From a virus, in the IMG/VR virus record IMGVR_UViG_3300017757_000001: a DNA stretch of 64,000 nucleotides. One strand, written 5' to 3'. The notes beneath the pieces were generated by a model. That model saw nothing but the letters and a program-made list of their open reading frames with translations, did not search any database and had not been told where the DNA came from. The position numbers and the translations under genes were made by a program. Positions 21,138 to 30,218 of the stretch are shown piece after piece; the first letter of the stretch is position 1, and every line of letters starts with the position of its first letter.

Positions 21138-21431
21138 CTATTTTCTATATTTTTTCTCAAAATTATCTACTTTTGCTTTTGCATTTTTAGTAGGTTTAAT
21201 TTTTGCTTTTGTTTTTTTGATTGATGATGAAGTTTTTTTTATTTTTGCTTTTGTTTCTTTTTTCTTTTTTGAAACTTTAGCACTTTTAGATTTAACTTCA
21301 TCTAACTTTTTTTCATTATCTTTAACATTTTTTTTAAATTCTTTTTTACTTTTATCTTGTTTTGAAGATAATACTAAAATCCCAGCAATAAATCCTCCTA
21401 TTGCTAGCAATATTTTCCAAATTTTTCCCAT
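21138..21431 (-). CDS. Membrane-anchored Lys-rich coiled-coil protein (possibly i-spanin-like)
   Basis: N-terminal TM segment ILLAIGGFIAGILVL followed by a K-rich helix. Confidence 0.45.
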   Translation of the reverse strand: MGKIWKILLAIGGFIAGILVLSSKQDKSKKEFKKNVKDNEKKLDEVKSKSAKVSKKKKETKAKIKKTSSSIKKTKAKIKPTKNAKAKVDNFEKKYRK

Positions 21432-21433
21432 GT

Positions 21434-21937
21434 TTATTTTTTAATTTCTAATAAAGATTCGATTTCTTTTTTAATTTTAGTTAAAGTTCTTAATCTATCT
21501 TTTAATTTTTCTTTTTCCTCACCTTCAGCTTTTTTCCATTTTTTTGCTGTTGATTTTAATTCAGAAGAAGTTTGTTGGAGTTTAGTTGCTAATTTAGATA
21601 CAGAATCTCCTTTTAATTGTTTAGCTGTTGGTTCTTCATCTTCGTCTTCTAACATCATATCTTCTGTATCATTATGAATATACTTATCAGTAGTATTATC
21701 AGTTGCTCTAGCTTCAGGGTCATCAATATGATATTCTTCACCACTTTCAGAAGATCCATCTGGGCCTTGTGTTGCAGAATCTTCAGATAAGGCATCTCCT
21801 AAATCATCAGCATGACCTTTAGTAGTTTCTAATTCTTTATTTAGATCCTGTTGAGCTTTAATATCATCAGCATCTGCCTCAGATAAAATATCAATAATTT
21901 GTTCTTTAATGTGGGTTTTTAATTCTGATCTTTTCAT
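21434..21937 (-). CDS. Probable internal head protein
   Basis: MKRSELK..IKE leader, L-x-E sites; late motif at 21955-21963. Confidence 0.5.
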   Translation of the reverse strand: MKRSELKTHIKEQIIDILSEADADDIKAQQDLNKELETTKGHADDLGDALSEDSATQGPDGSSESGEEYHIDDPEARATDNTTDKYIHNDTEDMMLEDEDEEPTAKQLKGDSVSKLATKLQQTSSELKSTAKKWKKAEGEEKEKLKDRLRTLTKIKKEIESLLEIKK

Positions 21938-21962
21938 TTTATAAATGTTTTATTTATAAATA

Positions 21963-22484
21963 TTACAGAAGAATTGTTTCTTCAATTTTATTAATTCGTT
22001 CTTTTGTACTTCCTTGAAGTGTAGTAAATTTAACTGAATTATTATCAAGTATATCAATTATTTTTTGGTTGATTTGATCCCTATATTTAGAATCTGTTGT
22101 TCTTACCCCATTATCTTCTATTTTTACACCCACAGGAGAAACATAAAATAAATGATCATAATCATGTACTAAATTTGCTAATGTAGCATTTAAAAAATAT
22201 GATTCAGCAGCCATCATTGACTTAGATAAAGCACTAAATGCCATAACATCTATAACTGTTCTATCTGTAATTATATTGTCTGTAAGTAATTCACTTGCTC
22301 GTTCAGCTGCAAATACTAATTGACCTTTTAATGTTGAATCAGTATTTAAAGGAATACCCATTTCCATTAAATATTTTGAACGTTCTGTTCTAAATGTATA
22401 ATCTTTAAATTTAGGTAGTTCTTTTAATGCTTTTACTAAAGTAGTTTTACCTACTGACATTGTTCCACAAAATCCTATTTTCAT
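21963..22484 (-). CDS. P-loop nucleotide kinase, NadR/Ttd14 AAA-like
   Basis: GTMSVGKTT, DRTVID, YDHLFY, EDNGVR. Confidence 0.8.
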   Translation of the reverse strand: MKIGFCGTMSVGKTTLVKALKELPKFKDYTFRTERSKYLMEMGIPLNTDSTLKGQLVFAAERASELLTDNIITDRTVIDVMAFSALSKSMMAAESYFLNATLANLVHDYDHLFYVSPVGVKIEDNGVRTTDSKYRDQINQKIIDILDNNSVKFTTLQGSTKERINKIEETILL

Positions 22485-22502
22485 AACTTATTATTTTCTA
22501 TT

Positions 22503-22532
22503 AATATACAAAATTTATTCTATAATTCCAAA
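22503..22532 (-). promoter_or_regulatory. Bipartite early/middle promoter TTTGG-N18-GTATATT
   Basis: Same motif and 18-nt spacer at six sites. Confidence 0.75.
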
Positions 22533-22537
22533 TTATA

Positions 22538-22945
22538 TTAAAAAGGTAAATCCTCAGGATCTAATTGTGATGATCCTTTTCCTACCCTATAACTGTCACT
22601 ATCAAAATGTTGTGTTGATACTTCAAATATAGTAGCTCCTTCTTCAAGAGCCAACATTTGGTGAGGTTGTCCTGGCATTAAATGAATGCAATCCCCTTCT
22701 CTAACTATTCGGAAATTTATTTCTGCTGTTTCAGTATCAATCCAACCATATTGAAATTCACCTTTAGAAATATACCATGCTTCATCTTTTAGTAGATGGT
22801 AATGCATAGAGAATTTTTTATCCTTTTTAAATACTAATAACTTACCACAGTATTTTTCGTTATTAATAATCCATAATTCATGCCCCCAAGCTTTTTCATG
22901 AATTTCTCCTTTATAGGGCATTGCTTGTAATGTATGTTCTCTCAT
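22538..22945 (-). CDS. Cupin protein (mannose-6-phosphate/sugar isomerase-like)
   Basis: KAWGHE, SMHYH..KDE, PGQPH, EVST metal-binding cupin motifs. Confidence 0.8.
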   Translation of the reverse strand: MREHTLQAMPYKGEIHEKAWGHELWIINNEKYCGKLLVFKKDKKFSMHYHLLKDEAWYISKGEFQYGWIDTETAEINFRIVREGDCIHLMPGQPHQMLALEEGATIFEVSTQHFDSDSYRVGKGSSQLDPEDLPF

Positions 22946-22946
22946 A

Positions 22947-23219
22947 CTAATTTCTATTTGTAACTCCTTTAGGAGAGGATTGTTTATACCAAGGTAATCC
23001 TTCTCTATTTTTCATAATATCTTGATAAGTTTCTAAATCATACTCAATTCCAGACAAAAAATATCCTTTTTTCCATTTACTATCTCTTCTAGTAGGTTCA
23101 ATAGCAGGTCCATCCCACCTATGATGGATATAATGTTCTGCTCCTTGATGTTTAATAAGATAATGTTTTGCTCCCTCGTTTGTAATTACTCTTTGCTCAT
23201 ATAATTTTTCGTCGCTCAT
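22947..23219 (-). CDS. Hypothetical protein with an HR-x-DGPA motif
   Basis: HRWDGPAIE...YFLSG. Confidence 0.55.
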   Translation of the reverse strand: MSDEKLYEQRVITNEGAKHYLIKHQGAEHYIHHRWDGPAIEPTRRDSKWKKGYFLSGIEYDLETYQDIMKNREGLPWYKQSSPKGVTNRN

Positions 23220-23222
23220 AAT

Positions 23223-24650
23223 TTATATTTTATTTAGTTCTTCTTGTATTTGTTTTTCTAATAGTTCTACATTATTTTCTAAATCTTTTGCTTTTATTAT
23301 TTCACCATTAAGTAATTGCTCAGCTACTAGTGTTCCTTGTGCTCCTGATACTGTAATGCCTCTTGCACTTAAAGCATCACCTACAAAATGTACATTAGGG
23401 TATGTTGTTAAACTTAAATTATTATAATTTACTAATGGTTCAGGTGACAAATATTTTACTTCAGGTACATAAATCCCCCAATCATCTTTAAGTGTTGGAA
23501 ATACTTTTTTCATATCTTCAATAAAATCTTCTATATAATCATAATAACCTTGAAATGCATCTTTAACTTTATCTAATGATTTAATAGACATGGCATCAAC
23601 TTTTATACCTTCACTTGTCATTCCTGCTTCACGAGTAGGTGAATAATATAAACCCGTATGAGTTTTACGAGCATATCTACCTTGACCCTTACTATTATCA
23701 AACCATGTTTCATTCACAGCTTTAACTAATTCTCTTGACCAAGTAAAAGGTTCATCAATGCCTTGAATCTCCATTAAGATACCAAAATTAGTCATATTAT
23801 TTCTATGCTCTTCTCCTTTTTTAGCATGCCCATTGTAGCTAACATCTCCATACGTTTGCTCAACGGCAACATAAGCTGCGTTGTTGTTAGTACAGAATGA
23901 ACGTAATGATACTCCTTTGTCTTCGAATTTGCGATACAATTTAAAATCATAACTTACATCAATTAATTTTTGAAAGTGTTTTTGTGGTGCTTCAAATCTA
24001 ACACCTATTTGTACTGGTTTAGATTCAGTTGGAAGATCATATTCCTCTGCTAATTGTTTACCAAAATCAATACCACTTTTACCTACACCAAATATAAGTT
24101 TATCATACCTACGTTCATATTCTAAATCTTTAATTAATGATTTACCTAATACCCTTTCATTTACAAAATCAATAGCATGTACTTTAGTTTCCCATAAAAA
24201 TTCTACACCACCCTCTACTAAAAAGTCATACCAATTTTTACCTATTTCGTGTAAATAATCAGTACCAACGTGCCATACTGGGAATAATCTTAAACCAAAA
24301 TATGGTTTAATAAAATCTGGTTCTGCTATAGGATTTGAACATTGTACTTCTTCTGGTTTAGGGTGAAAGCGTTTAAAATTATTAATTACTTGATCAAATA
24401 ATTCCATTGCTTTTTCTTCACCTACATATTTACTTAAATGACCTCCAATTGATGTGTGGTATGTTAATTTACCATCAGACCAACCTCCAGCTCCTAAAAA
24501 GCCTGTCATTACTTCTTCATAAGGTCTTAAATATGGATCTTTACCCATATCAATAATGGTAATTTTACCATTAAATCCCTCATCAATTAATTTAGTAGCA
24601 GCATTTACATTTGCTACTCCTGCTCCAACCATTACTACATTTGTACTCAT
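23223..24650 (-). CDS. FAD-dependent oxidoreductase (uncharacterised COG2509-like family)
   Basis: VGAGVA dinucleotide-binding motif, GAGGWSDGKL, GVRFE, RSFC, PEVKY, VGDA..RGI. Confidence 0.85.
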   Translation of the reverse strand: MSTNVVMVGAGVANVNAATKLIDEGFNGKITIIDMGKDPYLRPYEEVMTGFLGAGGWSDGKLTYHTSIGGHLSKYVGEEKAMELFDQVINNFKRFHPKPEEVQCSNPIAEPDFIKPYFGLRLFPVWHVGTDYLHEIGKNWYDFLVEGGVEFLWETKVHAIDFVNERVLGKSLIKDLEYERRYDKLIFGVGKSGIDFGKQLAEEYDLPTESKPVQIGVRFEAPQKHFQKLIDVSYDFKLYRKFEDKGVSLRSFCTNNNAAYVAVEQTYGDVSYNGHAKKGEEHRNNMTNFGILMEIQGIDEPFTWSRELVKAVNETWFDNSKGQGRYARKTHTGLYYSPTREAGMTSEGIKVDAMSIKSLDKVKDAFQGYYDYIEDFIEDMKKVFPTLKDDWGIYVPEVKYLSPEPLVNYNNLSLTTYPNVHFVGDALSARGITVSGAQGTLVAEQLLNGEIIKAKDLENNVELLEKQIQEELNKI

Positions 24651-24674
24651 TTTATCTTAAGTTTTATTGGTTAC

Positions 24675-24704
24675 AATATACGAAAACAAAATGTGACCTC
24701 CAAA
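24675..24704 (-). promoter_or_regulatory. Bipartite early/middle promoter TTTGG-N18-GTATATT
   Basis: Motif upstream of the oxidoreductase. Confidence 0.75.
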
Positions 24705-24716
24705 TTGGAGGCCACA
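24683..24716 (-). terminator. Intrinsic terminator overlapping the downstream promoter
   Basis: - strand TGTGGCCTCC-AATTT-GGAGGTCACA followed by TTTTGTTTT. Confidence 0.7.
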
Positions 24717-24765
24717 GATCTCTATTTATTTTGAAAAAACACCCGGCTATGAATCGAGCTATAAA

Positions 24766-24831
24766 TTAACAATTACAACATGAACAATCACATGATTTTC
24801 CACATTTACATTTTTGACAATTACATTCCAT
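24766..24831 (-). CDS. Metallothionein-like micropeptide MECNCQKCKCGKSCDCSCCNC
   Basis: 21 aa with 9 Cys in CxC/CC motifs; A-rich leader; below the ORF-track size cutoff. Confidence 0.7.
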   Translation of the reverse strand: MECNCQKCKCGKSCDCSCCNC

Positions 24832-24849
24832 TTTTATAATTTTTTATTA

Positions 24850-25695
24850 TTATCTACCATGTATCTTCCACCCATTATTACCCCCATTAACTGAACCAGC
24901 TGAAAAGGATGGTAAGGTTGAAACTAATCTAGTTCCTGTATAATCTACAGCCATATTATATACTGATATTCCTCCTCCAACAACTAAATCTATAACTGAT
25001 TTAGAAAATGGTTGACCAGTTGCTGGATTGGGAATGAATACACTTTTACATGGTAAACCTATATCATTAGCTAATTGGTCAAACCCTGCAGGATTTGTAT
25101 TATATACTAAAATATTACCATTATTTGAACCAAAATTTGTTGAACCTAATATTACAATACTCATTAGTTTAAAACCTGCTCCATTATTAACTCTATGCCA
25201 AACAAAATCTTGTTTATCATCAGTCCATTCATGTCCTCCTTCAACCTGAAAATTATAACCATAATAGGGTTGAGAACCTGTATTAACTGTAGCATGAGAG
25301 CCACTATGTATAATTGATGCTGAAACATTGTATTTACCATTAAAATATTTTGTTGATTCACTTACAGCACATGAATCTAAAGAATAAGCTCCAGCCATAG
25401 TGTCATTGTCATTTCTTCCAGCATATTTTAATGGTCCATCTTCAATAGTTGTCGACCCATTTCCAAATCCAAATGAATGACTAGTATTTAAGTAATCTGC
25501 CTCTACTTGTAAAGAACCCGAAAAATAAGTAAGTACACCTCCACTATTTACTTTTGATTCCCACCACGTACTAATAAAATTTTGACCATACCAAGTTGGA
25601 GTATTATTATGAAGAGGAGGTGTCCACCCATTATTAATCTGCCCTACACTATGTAAAAAGCTTGATGATTTTGAAGTTATAGGTGTTGTTGCCAT
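24850..25695 (-). CDS. Hypothetical, probably virion-associated G/S/N-rich protein
   Basis: Composition resembles the structural proteins. Confidence 0.5.
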   Translation of the reverse strand: MATTPITSKSSSFLHSVGQINNGWTPPLHNNTPTWYGQNFISTWWESKVNSGGVLTYFSGSLQVEADYLNTSHSFGFGNGSTTIEDGPLKYAGRNDNDTMAGAYSLDSCAVSESTKYFNGKYNVSASIIHSGSHATVNTGSQPYYGYNFQVEGGHEWTDDKQDFVWHRVNNGAGFKLMSIVILGSTNFGSNNGNILVYNTNPAGFDQLANDIGLPCKSVFIPNPATGQPFSKSVIDLVVGGGISVYNMAVDYTGTRLVSTLPSFSAGSVNGGNNGWKIHGR

Positions 25696-25958
25696 ATTTT
25701 TAATTTTAATTTACCCGTTCCTTTAATGACACGATGCCATTGATGTCTTTTTATAAATATACGTTCGTTTAAGGAAGATGGTAATTTATTATCTAATTGT
25801 AACATCCAATCAGTTTTACCTATTATTTCAATAGATCTATCTTCATCATCACGATGCCAAAGTAATTCAATAGGATCTATATTTTCACTAAATTCTCTTA
25901 TAGTGTATTCTTTTGTAACCTCTAAGTCTTTATAAGGTTTTATTTTGTTTTCCCCCAT
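25677..25958 (-). CDS. Small cupin-like phage protein
   Basis: WHRD-x-EDR ... WHRVIKG. Confidence 0.6.
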   Translation of the reverse strand: MGENKIKPYKDLEVTKEYTIREFSENIDPIELLWHRDDEDRSIEIIGKTDWMLQLDNKLPSSLNERIFIKRHQWHRVIKGTGKLKLKIWQQHL

Positions 25959-26401
25959 TTTTTACCTTTACCTTTATCTTTACATTTAGAAGGAGTAGGT
26001 CTACAGGATGGATATTTTGCTCGTTTTTCACCTTCTTTTCTACCACAAGATTTATATTTCATCTTGCCTGTTTTTTTATCCTTTCTTCCAGTATTACAAT
26101 CAACCCATCCCCCTCCTTTACCTGGGGCTCCTTGTCTTTTAAACCATTTATTTAAGGATTCATCAACAACTTTTTGAAGTCTTTTATACCCTGAGCCATA
26201 AGGTGATGATTTTCCATCATGATTATCAACTACATTTTCTTTAACTCCCTTCCAGATATTTCCTTTTCTACACCTTACTACAGCACCTGATTTATAAGCA
26301 GAGGGTTTGTCAAATTTACGATCGGCGATACGTAAACATCTATCCCTTTTTTTCTTTTTTTCAAGAATTACTTCTCTTATTATGTTATTTAATCTACTCA
26401 T
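25940..26401 (-). CDS. Basic Cys-containing probable internal head protein
   Basis: ILE/VKE/VDE-separated basic modules (PSAYKSGAVVRCRK; WVDC..CGR..YPSCRP). Confidence 0.55.
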   Translation of the reverse strand: MSRLNNIIREVILEKKKKRDRCLRIADRKFDKPSAYKSGAVVRCRKGNIWKGVKENVVDNHDGKSSPYGSGYKRLQKVVDESLNKWFKRQGAPGKGGGWVDCNTGRKDKKTGKMKYKSCGRKEGEKRAKYPSCRPTPSKCKDKGKGKKWGKTK

Positions 26402-27171
26402 TACCAAAAACCACTAAATGATGATTTTAATCCTAATAATTTAGCATATCTAGGAAGTCTACAACTCCAATACCCTGCTTTTGTTCTGTCTTTTTTCTGT
26501 GAACATTTATGTCTTTTAGCAAATGCAGAACGTGCTTTTGAGTCATTTATTTTTGCTCTTAAACCACCAGATCCAAATCTAACAGTTTTAACTTTTTTAG
26601 TTTTAGGATCTTTAACATATACTTTATAAGCTTTTCCACCTGAAGATGAGCGCATTGGTTTTCCTATTGGTCTATTGTCTTTTTTCTTAGCTTTTTTCTT
26701 TTTTGCTTCTATAATATTAACTATTCTTTCTTCAATAGATTCAAATTTCATATTATCCATTTCATCACGAACCCATTCTTTCTCATTATCACCTAATTGG
26801 TCATAATCCATTCCGAATTCCATATTCGCTAACTCATCTTCAAGATCCATTTGCTCATTTAATTCAATAGGAAAATCTAATGGTACTTTTTCACCTTCAA
26901 ACATACCATAATGTCCTAAATCAGTTTCTATAAGAATTTCTTTATCATCTCCTATTACTTCAAGTATTCCTCTACTATATAATGACCTTGCTTCTGCAAA
27001 TAAATTAAAGTATTCTTGTGAACCTGCCCTATATAAATGTTCAGTTAACGGTCTATTATTGTCCATATGGAATTTTAATCCTTCAGACAATATAGCCTTT
27101 GGAGCTTTATTTTCATTAAGTACTAACGCAGTACTTTTAGTTTTACATGAGCCGCATCCACATTTACACAT
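26401..27171 (-). CDS. Probable internal head protein with a basic C-terminal domain of the type seen in T4-like marine phages
   Basis: KVYVKDPKT..VRFG..ARSAFAKRHKC..AGYWSC; N-terminal CKCGCGSC; LNE/LTE sites. Confidence 0.6.
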   Translation of the reverse strand: MCKCGCGSCKTKSTALVLNENKAPKAILSEGLKFHMDNNRPLTEHLYRAGSQEYFNLFAEARSLYSRGILEVIGDDKEILIETDLGHYGMFEGEKVPLDFPIELNEQMDLEDELANMEFGMDYDQLGDNEKEWVRDEMDNMKFESIEERIVNIIEAKKKKAKKKDNRPIGKPMRSSSGGKAYKVYVKDPKTKKVKTVRFGSGGLRAKINDSKARSAFAKRHKCSQKKDRTKAGYWSCRLPRYAKLLGLKSSFSGFW

Positions 27172-27178
27172 AATATTA

Positions 27179-28291
27179 TTAATTAAATTTGTTATAAGGT
27201 AAAGTTATGTTTTTACCTACTAATTTTCCATTTCTATATAATGATTTTTCAGTTTGAAGTAAAGCTCTTAAACCTCTTGTATTTCTTTTGGTCATATCAT
27301 GTCTAATATTTAATACAGGCATTGCTCCATCTTCTTTAACATCTTCTATATCTTCATATACTTTTGAAGCTTCAATAATTAAATCATCTCCTTGTAATGA
27401 AAAATCACTTTCTTTAAATGTACCCATAACAACTGGTACTTTATCATTACCAAATATAGCTTGATAAGTATCTATTTCAGGTAAATCACTAACTATAACC
27501 CCTGGGATTTTTTCATTTGTTACTTTATTCCACATTCTTATAATAGTATCATCTTCATTTCCTCTTTTATCTACTAAAGGTTTGTATGAAATTTCATCTC
27601 CTAATTTTCCTGATATAATAGCATCTAATAAATTCATTACTTCATCTTTAAATCTTACATCTGCTGATTCCCAATAAATAGCATTCATTTTCTTTAATGA
27701 TACACCACCTAAATCTTTTTCTCCTCTGTAAAAATTAGCATCTGATTTTGAATATGCTGTTGTTGAAGTTCCTGTTCCTTTTGTTTCAGTAACATCATTC
27801 CATTCTATTGATCTATTTCCATCTGTTATAATAATATTTTTAGGACCATCTTCAAGATATTTATTTATATTAGTTACAAATATATCTTCATTTTCTAATC
27901 CTGCTGATTTTTTACCTTGAATTCCTGATGGTTTAACAGCTATTTTTACATCACCATAAGATATATAACCTAAACTTGAAAATGAAGAAGGTTGGGGATT
28001 ATATTCAAATCCCTCTAATTTTTCTATATTATCAATGTATGATTGACGTTCTTGTCTAGGAACTAATAAGTGAAAATTTAAACCTTTATCTTTAAAAGCC
28101 TCATCATCTAATTTAAAAGTATCTTTTATTATTTTTATAGCTATGGCTTTATCTTCAGCTTTAGTTTCATTCATAATACCAGTTACCATTTCGAATAACA
28201 TTTTTTTATCATTAGGATCATCCATATCTGGGTATCCTTTAGGAAATTTATATGCTACACTATTTAAAAATGTAATTAATGGATCTATCAT
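27179..28291 (-). CDS. Putative PD-(D/E)xK-like endonuclease with an N-terminal leader
   Basis: AGLENE...KSDA...VSLKK arrangement; leader YKFPKGYPDM...MNE. Confidence 0.5.
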   Translation of the reverse strand: MIDPLITFLNSVAYKFPKGYPDMDDPNDKKMLFEMVTGIMNETKAEDKAIAIKIIKDTFKLDDEAFKDKGLNFHLLVPRQERQSYIDNIEKLEGFEYNPQPSSFSSLGYISYGDVKIAVKPSGIQGKKSAGLENEDIFVTNINKYLEDGPKNIIITDGNRSIEWNDVTETKGTGTSTTAYSKSDANFYRGEKDLGGVSLKKMNAIYWESADVRFKDEVMNLLDAIISGKLGDEISYKPLVDKRGNEDDTIIRMWNKVTNEKIPGVIVSDLPEIDTYQAIFGNDKVPVVMGTFKESDFSLQGDDLIIEASKVYEDIEDVKEDGAMPVLNIRHDMTKRNTRGLRALLQTEKSLYRNGKLVGKNITLPYNKFN

Positions 28292-28295
28292 ATTT

Positions 28296-28751
28296 TTATA
28301 CTTCTATGTCAACATCAACGTCTGTTTCTTCAGCAGGTATATCTTCACTACCCCCACCATCAACATTAACGTCTGTTTCTGATTTTGATTTAGGACCATA
28401 ACGTAAAATACGACCTATAGCTTCTGCTGCTCTTTCTTCTTCAGGTAAATTAAGTAAATAATATTTTTTACCCTCTATTTGAGCAATCCAACTTCTAGAA
28501 GAATAAATAAGATAAAATTCTTGATCATTTTTCAAATTAATTCTAAATGTTGTTGGTCTAGGTGATACCCAACCTATAGATGATAGAAAACTATCAAAAT
28601 CATAAGTTAGTAAATTAATAATTACTTCTTTTAATTCTGGAAATTTTGTAAGTTCATCATACTCAACTGCTGCAGCTTCTCCTTGCTTAACACTAGCATA
28701 GACTTGAGGAACTAATACTCTGATTTTCTCTCTTAACTCCGCTGCTGTCAT
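28296..28751 (-). CDS. Hypothetical protein with an acidic tail
   Basis: ORF; MTAAELREKIR leader. Confidence 0.55.
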   Translation of the reverse strand: MTAAELREKIRVLVPQVYASVKQGEAAAVEYDELTKFPELKEVIINLLTYDFDSFLSSIGWVSPRPTTFRINLKNDQEFYLIYSSRSWIAQIEGKKYYLLNLPEEERAAEAIGRILRYGPKSKSETDVNVDGGGSEDIPAEETDVDVDIEV

Positions 28752-28753
28752 TT

Positions 28754-30208
28754 TTACTTTTGTTTTGCTGTTGGACCTTTTCCTCCGCCTTTTGATTTAT
28801 ATGATGCTACTGCTCCTGCTATTGCTGAAGCTGCTTTTTTAGATTTACCTTGTTTTCTAATTTTTTTAACTAATGAATCATATGATTCTTCAATATCCTC
28901 TTCATAATCTCCATCTGCTAATTCACCACTATCAAAAGGATCTCGACTACTTTCAGCATCTCTTCCTTGCATGTGTTTGTCTGCTCTTGCGTAGGCGTCT
29001 TCTTTAACATCTTTTTTACCATCTTGATTTTCATCTTCAGCATCGATTTTTTTATCCCAAAATCCTTTAGGTAAACCTTCTAATATTTTTGAAATTCTAT
29101 CTTTAGTAGTATTTTCATTTACTTTAGCAGCATCAAAATATTTTGCTGGTTTAATATCTACTATTCTTTGCACACCTGTGTCAAACCATTTTCTAATTGC
29201 ATCATCAACATTTTTTCCACCTAAAAAGAAACTTAACATATCTTCTAAACCTTTAGATCCTTCTTTTGTAAAGTTATCAAATTCTTCATCTGAGCCAAAT
29301 TCCATTTTATCATCAGATGTAAATAAATATTCTGGTTTATTTTGCATATTAGACATTGAAAATGGCATTGCACTACCTTCATGCCCACCCATATGTCTTT
29401 CTCTTAAACTAACTACATCTGCTCTTGGTGTTTCATTATATCTAAAGAAAATAACATATCTCTTTTTATTACCCATTCCATCTTGTGCTAATACTACTTT
29501 ACTTGCAAATGCTTTTCCATTATAAGCACGGCGCCATTTATCCATATTCATATTTTCTGTAATTTTTTCATTTTCATCAATAGCATCTGTAGCTATATCT
29601 ACTACAGCATCAATTTGTGGTTCTTTAATTTCAAAATCAAGGTAATGTTTAGCCCCAACTAATGCATCTTTTGCCTTGAATACTTTTGCTTGCCACCATG
29701 ATGGGAAATCTACTTCTCCCATACCATCAAATTTATCTATCATACCATATAACTCCATAGCATATTTACCAATTCTATATAAATCAGCTTTTAACATATG
29801 GGGTTCATTATCTTCATGACCTATATCTAAATCTTCTTCTAAGTTTGAAACGTCATGTTTTTTATATTTGTCACCATCTTTTCCTTTAACAACTTTTTCT
29901 TTAAGATTTTTTTCTATGGCAGCACCTCTAGTTTTTTCATAATCTGATAATTTGCCATCTTTATTTAAATCTGCTTTTTTTGGATTTTTTAAAGAGTCTT
30001 TTATTAATTCTGTAAGTCTATTAGGTTTTGCTTTCATTGATTCTGTTTTGTTTTTTACCATATTAGTAGCACGACCATACATTACTGCTTCGGCATCTTT
30101 ACCATACTTTTTAACAAGACTACGTTTATTATCCTTCATTTTCATGATAATATCTTCACGGTCTTTTACCTCAGCAGGTGTAAGTTTGCGTTCGTGTACT
30201 TTATCCAT
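28754..30208 (-). CDS. Modular probable internal head protein
   Basis: Segments bounded by LKE/LEE/ITE/VNE/ILE/IEE; EF-hand-like DLNKDGKLSDYE. Confidence 0.5.
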   Translation of the reverse strand: MDKVHERKLTPAEVKDREDIIMKMKDNKRSLVKKYGKDAEAVMYGRATNMVKNKTESMKAKPNRLTELIKDSLKNPKKADLNKDGKLSDYEKTRGAAIEKNLKEKVVKGKDGDKYKKHDVSNLEEDLDIGHEDNEPHMLKADLYRIGKYAMELYGMIDKFDGMGEVDFPSWWQAKVFKAKDALVGAKHYLDFEIKEPQIDAVVDIATDAIDENEKITENMNMDKWRRAYNGKAFASKVVLAQDGMGNKKRYVIFFRYNETPRADVVSLRERHMGGHEGSAMPFSMSNMQNKPEYLFTSDDKMEFGSDEEFDNFTKEGSKGLEDMLSFFLGGKNVDDAIRKWFDTGVQRIVDIKPAKYFDAAKVNENTTKDRISKILEGLPKGFWDKKIDAEDENQDGKKDVKEDAYARADKHMQGRDAESSRDPFDSGELADGDYEEDIEESYDSLVKKIRKQGKSKKAASAIAGAVASYKSKGGGKGPTAKQK

Positions 30209-30218
30209 TATTAAAGAT

